Assembly (NCBI GenBank): GCA_034670025.1
Contig: JAXMOE010000001.1
Location: forward strand, 737,995-801,994
Direction of reading: 5' to 3'
DNA length: 64,000 nt
Source of the DNA: Chlorobiota bacterium
Lineage (GTDB): Bacteria; Bacteroidota; Ignavibacteria; Kapaibacteriales; UBA2268
Part shown: positions 1 through 8,541 of the stretch, piece after piece
Layout: every line of letters begins with the position of its first letter
How positions within the stretch are numbered: position 1 is the stretch's first letter
Notes under the pieces: generated by a model
The model's database searches: none
Seen by the model: only the letters and a program-made list of their open reading frames with translations
Told to the model about the DNA's origin: nothing
Translations under genes and position numbers: made by a program

Positions 1-3000
1 TAGTATTTACTACTACAAGCTTGAAGTCACAGTTTTTTAATATATCCGGTATTGAAACAGATGAATTCCCTTGGGTTAGTACCGTGTTTATAGCCAAAGA
101 TCAAAATGATCAATTTATAAAAGATGTGAATGTTGATCAGTTTGCAGTTTCTGAAAATGGTATATTTTTAGATAAGACAGACTTAAAGATTGATTGCTTT
201 CCTTCTCAAGACATACCAGAAATGTCTGTAGTTTTAGTTGTAGATAAATCAGGTTCTATGATTGATCCTTTTGATGAAGAAAAACCAAATGAAACACCAT
301 GGGAAAGAGTAAAAGATGGAGTAGAAGCTTTTGTTAATACAATACAGTTCGTTGGCAGAACTAAAGTTGCATTAGTTTCATTCAGTAACTTTTCATATTT
401 AGAATGTGGATTTACGGATAATGGTCAAGAAATTCTTGATTCTTTAGATGAAATAATACCAGGTGGAGGGACTAAATATAATGACCCTTTCATGAAAACT
501 GAATACCTTGAGAATGGTGCATGGAAAAGAGAAAGTGCTACCTCATTATTAAAAACAAGACCTGATGAGATTAAGCGAGTTGTAGTCTTCTTAACAGATG
601 GTATTCCTGAAGGAGAAACTAGAACTGACGAAATAATTGACTCATTAAATTATTATAATATTACGGCATATAACATTTCTTTTCTGACAAATATGCACGA
701 GTCTTTAAATAGAATTTCACAATCTACAAACGGAAAAGCATATAAAATTGAAAACCAAGAGGATCTAGAACATATTTATTCTCAAATTGCAATAAAAGCC
801 CAGGAAGCTTTTTTCTGTAAATTAAGTTGGTTAGCTGACTACCCTTGTTATGAGAGCCAAACTGACAGAAAAGTTAATATATTTTTTAATGCAATTGAGC
901 CTCGAGGTGAAGCAGAAAGAGAATACATAATTCCAGACAGATATATACCACAAAGAACTTGGGATAGCGAAACATATTCATTTGGTAACCCAGATGTAGG
1001 CGCTGACTATTCTGTAATAAAAACACTCCAATTAATAATAGGTAGTGTTGACTTCAAACTAGATAATATTGAAATTACCCCGAATGATCAAGGATTTACA
1101 ATATTAGAAATTAGGGACTCTGAAGGTAATACTATTGCCAATGATGAAACAGCTGTAGAAGGAGATACAGTATATATAGATGTAGAGTTTGAGCAATTTG
1201 ATTCAAAATCACTAAGAACTGCTACACTTACAACTTATGGTTCGCCTTGCTTAACTTCAACAGATTTGGTCGGTGGTACAACAGATATAATTTTAGAATC
1301 TCAAAATGATGGTGAAGTATATACTGTATGCGATGATATAAATATTAATTGGTCAGGTGTTGATGAAAACACTGAAACTCATATTTCTTATTCTAATGAC
1401 AATTTCGTTTCAGATTCCAATTTTATAACGACTCAAACTGGAAGTCCTTATTTGTGGGATAATAATCCAGGTGTGGGCAAATATAAAATTAAGTTGAGAG
1501 TTGATCCAATTTCCAGATATATATTTGCAGTCAATGATTTGTCTTCTGGTAGAAGTTATGGTAGTTCTGTAGCACTTTCACTAGACGAAAGATTTATATA
1601 TTCAGTTGGTAATTACAACGATACACTTAGATTGGGTGATACAGTTATAACTAACAGTGGAAATGAAGATGCTTTTTTAGCTAAACATAATTCAGCTGGA
1701 AAATTAATGTGGATTAATTCACTGGGTGGTGATGGTCTTGACTCAGCTTCTGGAGTTTGTGTTGATGATGAAGATAATGTGTATTTAACAGGTGCTACAA
1801 CAAAGGGTTCCAAATTTGGAAGTTCAACAATTAATGCTCCCTTAGGTGGAAGTATATTTTTTGTAGCTAAAACTACCCCACTTGGAAAAGTATATAATGT
1901 AAGAACTATTGCTGCTAGACATCCTTATGTTACGTTCGAAGCATGGGGTACAAAAATAAGATATGATGATGTTACTGAAAATATTGTAATTCAAGGTGAA
2001 TTTAAAAATAATTTGGATTACATTGCTGGTCCAGATACTTATGAGTTCAGGGGAACTGACAGGTTTACTGCTTACTATGACAAAGATTTGAATTTCTTAG
2101 ATATACAATTTGGTGCTGTACAAGGAGAATACTCAAGTAAAGAAGCTGTTACTGCAGATGGGAAATCTACTTACAGAATAGAAACAATTGATTCTGATAA
2201 GTCTTATGGCAATATTGATGTAAAACACAACGGTAATTCAGATGTGGTGATTACTCGTTATGGTCAAAATGAACCGAGCTCAGATGTAAGTGAATTAGAG
2301 TTTACAGTTGAAAAACCCACACTGAATTATTCCATTCCTGGACCAGTGGTTATGGATGATACACCCATAAGTAAAACTTCAAGTAAAGGTATGGATAAGT
2401 TTGTAATTAATGAAAGTATTTTGCCAATTGAAGTTGAAGAAGTTACAATTACTGGAATAAATAATACTGAATTTACATTAGACAAAACATTTGATGGAAT
2501 TGTAGAATCAGGTTTAGATAATGCAAGAAACCTTACTATTAACTTTAATCCAAATAGTGCTGGTTTTAAAACTGCAGAACTTAATATAAAAGGAATATGT
2601 GCTGACATAATCACTATTACCTTAGAAGGGAATGGAGTTTGTGATTTAGTAACTGAATCTCCTATAAATTTTGGAGCTTCGAACATTGATATTTCAGCTA
2701 ACAGAATAGTTGGACAAGTATTTACTAATAACAATGGCGAACCAGTAAGAATTACTCCTACAATTGTTAATGACAATGACAATGAATTTCAAATTGTTAG
2801 TATAAATGACGATACAGGATTAGTTGGAAGTTCAATCAATGTTGACCCTGATGAGTCTGTAAAGGTTGATTTAGCTTTCACTCCAAAGACTGAAGGCAAT
2901 AAGACTGCTCAATTAGAATTTAATCCTGAAACTGATGGTTGTTCAAATGTGTTTTCTGAATTGGTAGGAGTGGGAGCTAACACTGATTTATCTTATGAAG

Positions 3001-4676
3001 TTGTTGACTTTCAAAGAAAAAGGATTCAAACTGTAAGTTACTTAAATTTAGAAATTGTAAATTCTGGGGCACTTCCGGTAAACATTCACGATATATATTT
3101 AGACAATACAGATGCTTTTGAATTAATATTACCTGAAACTTTAGAAGTTAAAATAGATGTACCCTTAGAAGTTCAAGTTAAATTTAACCCTCAAGCTGAT
3201 GGTATTTACTCTGAACCGATATATATAATTATTAATGAAGGTGATAGTCCACTAACACTAAATAACGCAATTGGAATTGGTGAGAATCCAACTGCTTTAG
3301 CTTCATTAGATTGTAAAGGTGAATCAATTCAAAACGTTGCGAAACAAGTTGATTTAATACTAACAAATAATTCTTCTGTTGCTAAATCCGAAATCGTTAG
3401 TCTAACTATTTCTAATGCTTCAAACTATTCATTTGTAGGTGGTAATAAAATTCTAAATGTAATTCCTTTGATAGACGAAAATGATAATATTCCTATTCCA
3501 TTAGAATTTAACCCAACTGTTGCAGGTGTGAACACTCTTGATTTAACTATTGAATCTAACACTGCGATTGGAAACAATGTTGATTCAGAAGTAAATGATC
3601 CAATAAATGAGAACATTACATTAGAATGTAATGTATTACAAAATAGTGGACCTGAAGTAGTAAGATTTGAGGGTGTACTTGTATGTGATAATTTCTTTAA
3701 GACTGTAACAATTAATAATGAAAGTGATAACACAGAAGCAGTTATAAGCAATTATAACTTAGTTCCTTCTGACGTAGAGTTTTCTACTAACTTGCCTAAT
3801 GGAGAGATCATAATTGACCCAGCAGATAATTTTGAATTTAAAGTTGCGTTTTCTCCGACAGTTGATGGTTTACAAAATGCAGTAATTACTTTCAATTATG
3901 AAGATGGTACAAGTAAAATATATAACATTGAAGGTACTGGTAAGCGAATAAAATACTTCACTGACAATAACAACATTGAACTTACACCAGGTTTAGAGAA
4001 TACTCTTACAGTTAAAGCTGAAGTACCAAAGTTAGATTATTTAATTGAGGAGTTAGATATCAGTATAAATCATAATCCTCAGGTAAGTAGTTTCTTAACA
4101 GATGATAATGATATAATTGTAAACCCAATAAGTAATAATATAAATTGGACGTGGAATACACTCAATGCGCCAAATAATAGCCAGTTTAAAAACTTTAGTG
4201 GGCTACCTAATGCACAAGCTGACTATTTAACAGAAAATACTTATGAGTTATTTGATATTGAATATCGAATTTATCTTTCTTCAACAGAAAGTGACAATAT
4301 CTTAATCTCAAGCTTATTTGACAATTGCCCTAATCCTGAATACAATGATGTTCAAGAAGTTAGAATTAGTGGAGTATGTGCAATAGATAAGAGGTTAGTA
4401 AATTTTGGGGAAACTCCAGTTGAAATAAACAGTTCTTATGATGGTAATTTTAACTTAATTAGAACTGAGTTTACTGTAATGTTTGATAATCTTGCATCTG
4501 AATTTAATATAATTGACATAAACGGAAACACAGTATTGAACGATAATATAAATAATCTGAATCAAGGTAGATACGAAGCTACTTTCGATGCTTCTTCCCT
4601 ATCAGCTGGAGTATATTTTATTAAATTTAACTCAGGTGCTTTTTCTGATATGAGTAAAGTATTAATAGTTAGATAA
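1..4676 (+). CDS. Giant secreted vWA-domain protein with SBBP-like beta-propeller repeats, five tandem Ig-like (choice-of-anchor-D/ASH-like) modules and a T9SS-type C-terminal sorting domain; true 5' end probably upstream of the window
   Basis: The frame is open from nt 3, with no stop before the TTG at 21. The first residues (FFNISGIETDEFPWVSTVFIAKD) align with the post-signal-peptide residues of the paralog at 36785..41770, so the signal peptide appears to be missing. vWA MIDAS DxSxS in VVLVVDKSGSM, later GGGT and VVFLTDG. SBBP-like repeat EDAFLAKHNSAGKLMWINSLGGDGLDSASGVCVDDEDNVYLTG. Five ~110-aa modules (about nt 2280-3950) each carry F-x-P-x-x-x-G (NFNPNSAG, AFTPKTEG, KFNPQADG, EFNPTVAG, AFSPTVDG). 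The C-terminus SAGVYFIKFNSGAFSDMSKVLIVR resembles a T9SS CTD. Confidence 0.75.
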   Translation, partial: VFTTTSLKSQFFNISGIETDEFPWVSTVFIAKDQNDQFIKDVNVDQFAVSENGIFLDKTDLKIDCFPSQDIPEMSVVLVVDKSGSMIDPFDEEKPNETPWERVKDGVEAFVNTIQFVGRTKVALVSFSNFSYLECGFTDNGQEILDSLDEIIPGGGTKYNDPFMKTEYLENGAWKRESATSLLKTRPDEIKRVVVFLTDGIPEGETRTDEIIDSLNYYNITAYNISFLTNMHESLNRISQSTNGKAYKIENQEDLEHIYSQIAIKAQEAFFCKLSWLADYPCYESQTDRKVNIFFNAIEPRGEAEREYIIPDRYIPQRTWDSETYSFGNPDVGADYSVIKTLQLIIGSVDFKLDNIEITPNDQGFTILEIRDSEGNTIANDETAVEGDTVYIDVEFEQFDSKSLRTATLTTYGSPCLTSTDLVGGTTDIILESQNDGEVYTVCDDININWSGVDENTETHISYSNDNFVSDSNFITTQTGSPYLWDNNPGVGKYKIKLRVDPISRYIFAVNDLSSGRSYGSSVALSLDERFIYSVGNYNDTLRLGDTVITNSGNEDAFLAKHNSAGKLMWINSLGGDGLDSASGVCVDDEDNVYLTGATTKGSKFGSSTINAPLGGSIFFVAKTTPLGKVYNVRTIAARHPYVTFEAWGTKIRYDDVTENIVIQGEFKNNLDYIAGPDTYEFRGTDRFTAYYDKDLNFLDIQFGAVQGEYSSKEAVTADGKSTYRIETIDSDKSYGNIDVKHNGNSDVVITRYGQNEPSSDVSELEFTVEKPTLNYSIPGPVVMDDTPISKTSSKGMDKFVINESILPIEVEEVTITGINNTEFTLDKTFDGIVESGLDNARNLTINFNPNSAGFKTAELNIKGICADIITITLEGNGVCDLVTESPINFGASNIDISANRIVGQVFTNNNGEPVRITPTIVNDNDNEFQIVSINDDTGLVGSSINVDPDESVKVDLAFTPKTEGNKTAQLEFNPETDGCSNVFSELVGVGANTDLSYEVVDFQRKRIQTVSYLNLEIVNSGALPVNIHDIYLDNTDAFELILPETLEVKIDVPLEVQVKFNPQADGIYSEPIYIIINEGDSPLTLNNAIGIGENPTALASLDCKGESIQNVAKQVDLILTNNSSVAKSEIVSLTISNASNYSFVGGNKILNVIPLIDENDNIPIPLEFNPTVAGVNTLDLTIESNTAIGNNVDSEVNDPINENITLECNVLQNSGPEVVRFEGVLVCDNFFKTVTINNESDNTEAVISNYNLVPSDVEFSTNLPNGEIIIDPADNFEFKVAFSPTVDGLQNAVITFNYEDGTSKIYNIEGTGKRIKYFTDNNNIELTPGLENTLTVKAEVPKLDYLIEELDISINHNPQVSSFLTDDNDIIVNPISNNINWTWNTLNAPNNSQFKNFSGLPNAQADYLTENTYELFDIEYRIYLSSTESDNILISSLFDNCPNPEYNDVQEVRISGVCAIDKRLVNFGETPVEINSSYDGNFNLIRTEFTVMFDNLASEFNIIDINGNTVLNDNINNLNQGRYEATFDASSLSAGVYFIKFNSGAFSDMSKVLIVR

Positions 4677-4699
4677 TTATTATTTAGATTTTAAGCTTT

Positions 4700-4735
4700 A
4701 AGACCTCATGTATTATTTCATGGGGTCTTTTTTTA
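4700..4735 (+). terminator. Rho-independent terminator after the giant vWA gene
   Basis: aagacctcatg / catggggtctt stem (one G-U pair), 8-nt loop, followed by a T-run (tttttt). Confidence 0.7.
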
Positions 4736-4747
4736 TATATCTAAATC

Positions 4748-4777
4748 TTGATATGGCTGATATTTTTTGTAAATTTG
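4748..4777 (+). promoter_or_regulatory. Bacteroidota-type promoter candidate for sucC (-33 TTG, 19-nt spacer, -7 TAAATTTG)
   Basis: TTG at 4748-4750 and TAAATTTG at 4770-4777, matching TAnnTTTG, about 50 nt upstream of the sucC ATG. Confidence 0.35.
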
Positions 4778-4825
4778 TGATTAGAAATGAATAACAATAA
4801 TAATAAATAATTTTAGAGTAAGAAT

Positions 4826-6070
4826 ATGAACATTCATGAGTATCAAGCCAAAGACTTACTAAAAAAATATGGCGTTCCTGTATTAGAAAACAAAGTAATA
4901 TTCGATCCATCTGAAGCTGAAAAAGCAGCTCAAGACTTTGTCAATAATGGCAGTAAAGTTGTTGTATTAAAGTCACAAGTTCACGCTGGTGGACGTGGGA
5001 AAGGTAAAGTACACGATATTAACTCAAATGAAGTTTTGCAAATAGATGGCAAAGACGTTAGAGGTGTAACAGTACTTTTTGGTGATAACTTACCAGAAAA
5101 AGCAAAGAATTATGCAGAAGCAACTATTGGAAATAAATTAGTTACAATTCAAACTGGTGAAGAAGGTTCGATAGTAAATAGAATGATGTTAGAAGATGGT
5201 GCTGCAATTGCAAAGGAGTTCTACATTAGTTTACTATTGGATAGAGCTACTAGTAAAAATATCATAATGGCTTCTACTGAAGGCGGTATGGATATAGAAG
5301 AGGTTGCTGAAAATACACCTGAAAAAATAATTAAGGAAACAATTGATCCAACTATTGGATTCCAGGGTTACCAAGCAAGAAGATTAGCATTTGGTCTTGG
5401 ATTAAGTGGTACTGCATTCAAGAACTTCTCTAAGTTTATATTCAAGTTAGTTAATGCTTATGAAGAAATGGATTGCTCAATGCTTGAAATTAATCCTTTA
5501 GTTGTTACTGAAGATGAGCAAATCATTGCATTAGATGCAAAAGTGAATTTTGATGATAATGCTTTATACAGACACCCTAACTACAAAGAATTAAGAGATA
5601 CTTCTGAAGAGAACCCATTAGAAGTTGAAGCATCTAAGTACGGTCTAAACTATATCAAATTAGATGGTAACGTTGGGTGTATGGTTAACGGTGCTGGACT
5701 TGCTATGGCGACAATGGATATGATTAACCTGTCCGGTGGTGAACCTGCTAACTTTTTGGATGTTGGTGGTGGAGCAAATGTAGAAACAATCTCAAACGCA
5801 TTCAGACTTATGATGAGTGATGAGAATGTAGAAGCAGTTTTGATAAATATTTTTGGTGGTATTGTTCGTTGTGACAGAGTTGCTAATGGAATAATAAAGG
5901 CCTTAGAGACTGTTGAAGTTAATATGCCGCTGATTGTTCGTTTAGATGGAACAAACGCTGAACTAGCTGCTGATATACTTGAAAAATCAGACTTAGAGTT
6001 CAAAGTAGCGATTAGTTTTAATGATGCTGCTGATAAAGTTGCTGAAGTAGTAAAAACTATCAAAGCTTAA
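4826..6070 (+). CDS. sucC: Succinate--CoA ligase (ADP-forming) beta subunit
   Basis: N-terminus MNIHEYQAKDLLKKYGVPV and the ATP-grasp body are classic SucC. The C-terminal CoA-ligase domain shows GCMVNGAGLAMATMD and NIFGGIVRCD. Confidence 0.95.
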   Translation: MNIHEYQAKDLLKKYGVPVLENKVIFDPSEAEKAAQDFVNNGSKVVVLKSQVHAGGRGKGKVHDINSNEVLQIDGKDVRGVTVLFGDNLPEKAKNYAEATIGNKLVTIQTGEEGSIVNRMMLEDGAAIAKEFYISLLLDRATSKNIIMASTEGGMDIEEVAENTPEKIIKETIDPTIGFQGYQARRLAFGLGLSGTAFKNFSKFIFKLVNAYEEMDCSMLEINPLVVTEDEQIIALDAKVNFDDNALYRHPNYKELRDTSEENPLEVEASKYGLNYIKLDGNVGCMVNGAGLAMATMDMINLSGGEPANFLDVGGGANVETISNAFRLMMSDENVEAVLINIFGGIVRCDRVANGIIKALETVEVNMPLIVRLDGTNAELAADILEKSDLEFKVAISFNDAADKVAEVVKTIKA

Positions 6071-6101
6071 GACTTAATCTAATATGTTTAGTAGACAATT
6101 T

Positions 6102-6136
6102 AAGCCGTTCATTTAATAAATGAATGGCTTTTTTAT
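6102..6136 (+). terminator. Rho-independent terminator after sucC
   Basis: aagccgttcattt / aaatgaatggctt stem followed by ttttatttttt. It overlaps the 3' end of the convergent gene. Confidence 0.7.
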
Positions 6137-6546
6137 TTTTTTATGATTAATGCTAACTTATACCCAAAGTAGGCCATAGGGATATAGGCTAATAATAAGT
6201 CTATAATTGTAAACCATAGAGGCGAGTCAATCATAATGTTAGCAGCTATACCACCTAATAAGAAAATCACACCTACAATCATTGATATCATTTTTTTATT
6301 TTTCATAGCTATTACAGCAGCTATCAAAGCGCCAATTAGAGTGCCTAATGCATGAGCTAAGAACGGAAATAGAAAATATTCTAAATCCAAAGAAGACATT
6401 GCTTTTGATAACTCTTCAATATTATTTGTGTCAACCTCTCCTATTGGAAACAAATTGTGACCTAAAGTTATTAAAGACATATTAACTACACTTCCAATTA
6501 ACCAGCCAATAATTACAGCAATGATATTTCTAATAGTTTTATTCAA
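6133..6546 (-). CDS. Small integral membrane protein (about 4 TM helices), function unknown
   Basis: 137-aa ORF with four hydrophobic segments (IIAVIIGWLIGSVV, FLFPFLAHALGTLIGALIAAVIA, MISMIVGVIFLLGGIAANI, WFTIIDLLLAYIPMAYF). No family recognised. Confidence 0.5.
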   Translation of the reverse strand: MNKTIRNIIAVIIGWLIGSVVNMSLITLGHNLFPIGEVDTNNIEELSKAMSSLDLEYFLFPFLAHALGTLIGALIAAVIAMKNKKMISMIVGVIFLLGGIAANIMIDSPLWFTIIDLLLAYIPMAYFGYKLALIIKK

Positions 6547-6598
6547 TTGTAAAGCCTATTTGTGATTGAGAAACATTAACTTAAGTAATTATAAATAC

Positions 6599-6632
6599 AA
6601 AAAAAAGCCGATTACATAAATGTAATCGGCTT
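6599..6632 (-). terminator. Rho-independent terminator downstream of tRNA-Asn
   Basis: On the minus strand, aagccgattaca / tgtaatcggctt forms a 12-bp stem with a 4-nt loop, followed by eight T. Confidence 0.75.
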
Positions 6633-6640
6633 TCTCAATG

Positions 6641-6714
6641 CTCCTGAGCAGGGACTTGAACCCCGGACCCTCTGATTAACAGTCAGATGCTCTAACCAGC
6701 TGAGCTACTCAGGA
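6641..6714 (-). tRNA. tRNA-Asn (anticodon GTT)
   Basis: The reverse complement folds as TCCTGAG-TA-GCTC-AGCTGGTTA-GAGC-A-TCTGA-CTGTTAA-TCAGA-GGGTC-CGGGG-TTCAAGT-CCCTG-CTCAGGA-G. It has a 7-bp acceptor stem, D and T arms, and anticodon loop CT-GTT-AA. CCA is not encoded. Confidence 0.9.
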
Positions 6715-6728
6715 ATAATTTTCAGTTA

Positions 6729-6758
6729 CAAACTTAAGGACTTTTTCTTAACTTGCAA
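6729..6758 (-). promoter_or_regulatory. Bacteroidota-type promoter candidate for tRNA-Asn (TTG-N19-TAAGTTTG)
   Basis: On the minus strand, TTTG (plus 6756-6759), a 19-nt spacer and TAAGTTTG (plus 6729-6736). The box ends 14 nt before the mature tRNA 5' end. Confidence 0.4.
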
Positions 6759-6790
6759 AACAATTTTTAATCTTTTTTCAATTTATTTCA

Positions 6791-7525
6791 ATGAATGTTT
6801 CCACACAAGCTATTATCTTAAAAACTATAAATTACTTAGAGTCAAGTAAAATAGTTTATGTCTATACAAAAGAGTTTGGGAAACAAACACTAATTGCAAA
6901 AGGCACAAGAAGAGCTAAAAGTAAATTCGGATCATCGTTAGAACTATGTTCAATTGTTGACTTAAAGTATTTCAAAAAGTCCAACAAAGAATTATTTAAT
7001 TTAACTAATGCTGAATTAAATAAGAAGAGTTTTATTGATAAATTGGCCTATGTTGATAAAATATATTGTCTGATGTTGTGTGAATCTATTTTTAATCTTG
7101 AACAAGATGAAATTTCTGATTTGAGATTTTACGAAAACTTGGAAAAGCTATTTAACATTGCTCATACGAACAACATATTTACTTCTTCTATGTTTATTTA
7201 TAGTCAATTGGAACTGGCTAATTCTATTGGACATAGCATATCTTTAAGCTGGGATAAAAACTCAGATATAGATTATAATAAAGATAATTATGTATATTTA
7301 GACCTAAGTAATTGTAAACTTTATAATAGCAATGTGGAGTACGGAGAGAGAAAACTAAAATTCAAATTAAGTGAATTATTAATACTTAAAGAAATTATAT
7401 CTGGGAACTTAGAGGTAGAAATTAGTACTACTGAGTTGAAGAGACTGTTATATTTATTCGAAAATTATTTTTCTTTCCATTCAGAAAGCAAGTTTACTTA
7501 TAAATCATCTTCTTTATTAGTCTAA
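6791..7525 (+). CDS. recO: DNA repair protein RecO
   Basis: The N-terminal OB-fold signature QAIILKTINYLESSKIVYVYTKEFGKQTLIAKGTRRAKSKF..LE matches the RecO pattern (A-I-V-L..-Y-GE-D-I...T...G.....AKGAR). Length 244 aa is typical. Confidence 0.7.
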   Translation: MNVSTQAIILKTINYLESSKIVYVYTKEFGKQTLIAKGTRRAKSKFGSSLELCSIVDLKYFKKSNKELFNLTNAELNKKSFIDKLAYVDKIYCLMLCESIFNLEQDEISDLRFYENLEKLFNIAHTNNIFTSSMFIYSQLELANSIGHSISLSWDKNSDIDYNKDNYVYLDLSNCKLYNSNVEYGERKLKFKLSELLILKEIISGNLEVEISTTELKRLLYLFENYFSFHSESKFTYKSSSLLV

Positions 7526-8022
7526 TCTATTGTTTTTTCCATCCCCAGAAATGGAATTGGACTAACATCGAATAGAATCTCCCCCATTGATTTATAGCCA
7601 CGATTTGAGTAAAACTTTACTACTTTATCATACTCCTTAAATGCACCTAACCTAATTGAATCTATACCATCCTTTTTAGCTTGATTTTCAACGAATTCCA
7701 TCAATTTGTGTGCTATTCCTTGATTTTGAAATTCAGGGCAAACTGCTAAACGATGAGCAAAATAGGCAGTTTTATTTGACTTATTCCATTCAATTCTATC
7801 AAAATACTCATGATGTTTGATATCATAAGACACAATTCCCACAACAGTATCTTCAATTTTATAAGTATATTGAACACCTAACATAATATCTCGTCTATAT
7901 ATAGCTGCATTAGGATAGTTTTTACCCCAATGAGTGAAACCTAGAGAAATCATATTGTCTGCAATTTTATCGTTTAATTCTATTATTTGCGGAAGGTCTT
8001 TTTGGGTTGCTTTTACAATCAT
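7522..8022 (-). CDS. GNAT family N-acetyltransferase
   Basis: Acetyl-CoA motif A in HRLAVCPEFQNQGIAHKLMEFVENQAKKDG (Q/R-x-x-G-x-G/A). 166 aa. Confidence 0.8.
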   Translation of the reverse strand: MIVKATQKDLPQIIELNDKIADNMISLGFTHWGKNYPNAAIYRRDIMLGVQYTYKIEDTVVGIVSYDIKHHEYFDRIEWNKSNKTAYFAHRLAVCPEFQNQGIAHKLMEFVENQAKKDGIDSIRLGAFKEYDKVVKFYSNRGYKSMGEILFDVSPIPFLGMEKTID

Positions 8023-8514
8023 TTACTGATCTTTGGTATCATTGTTTTTTGCTTTGTGTAGTTCTTCTCTTAATGTAATTAGCTGCTTACGCATATTATT
8101 TATTTCTTCTTTTCGCTCTCTTTCCTCTACAGCATTGCGGAGTTGTATTTTAATACGAGATGCTAATTCGTTGGGTTTTACTGGTTTTTTTATAAAATCA
8201 TTTGCACCAGCTTTATATGCCTTGTCTATCGAATCAGATTTAGTTTGAGCAGTCATAAATATAATTGGTATGTCGCTGTATTGCTGATTACTTTTCACTG
8301 TTTCACAGAAAGAGAAACCATTAATTTCAGGCATAACTATATCTAATAATATTAATTCTGGTTTTATAGTCCTAACAATCTCAAGACCTTGTGAAGCAGA
8401 CTCAGCAGTGATAGATTGAAATCCGTGAATTTCAAGCATATCTTTTATCTGCTGAGTATTCATCACATTGTCATCGACTATTAGTATTAAACCGTTTGAC
8501 TTGTTGTGTTCCAT
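8023..8514 (-). CDS. Stand-alone response regulator receiver (CheY-like) with C-terminal coiled-coil tail
   Basis: ILIVDDN, phospho-acceptor context LILLDIVMP, FMTAQ and FIKKP lysine. The last ~40 aa are K/E-rich heptads. There is no output domain. Confidence 0.85.
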   Translation of the reverse strand: MEHNKSNGLILIVDDNVMNTQQIKDMLEIHGFQSITAESASQGLEIVRTIKPELILLDIVMPEINGFSFCETVKSNQQYSDIPIIFMTAQTKSDSIDKAYKAGANDFIKKPVKPNELASRIKIQLRNAVEERERKEEINNMRKQLITLREELHKAKNNDTKDQ

Positions 8515-8541
8515 TGTGTAATCTACTAAAGGTTATACTTA

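Noticed and set aside
4713-4910. 65-aa minus-strand ORF spanning the sucC start and the upstream terminator
   Set aside because: It overlaps the sucC N-terminus, the promoter motif and the terminator hairpin. No motif is present, so it is most likely fortuitous.
4826-6136. sucC stands alone, followed by a terminator, with no adjacent sucD
   Set aside because: The feature is real, but separation of sucC and sucD occurs in FCB-group genomes as far as I recall. It cannot be judged unusual without the rest of the genome.
6547-6790. tRNA-Asn as a possible integration hotspot for a mobile element
   Set aside because: No integrase, no direct repeat of the tRNA 3' end and no foreign-looking genes are nearby. 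The tRNA is flanked by a small membrane protein gene and recO, with its own promoter and terminator.
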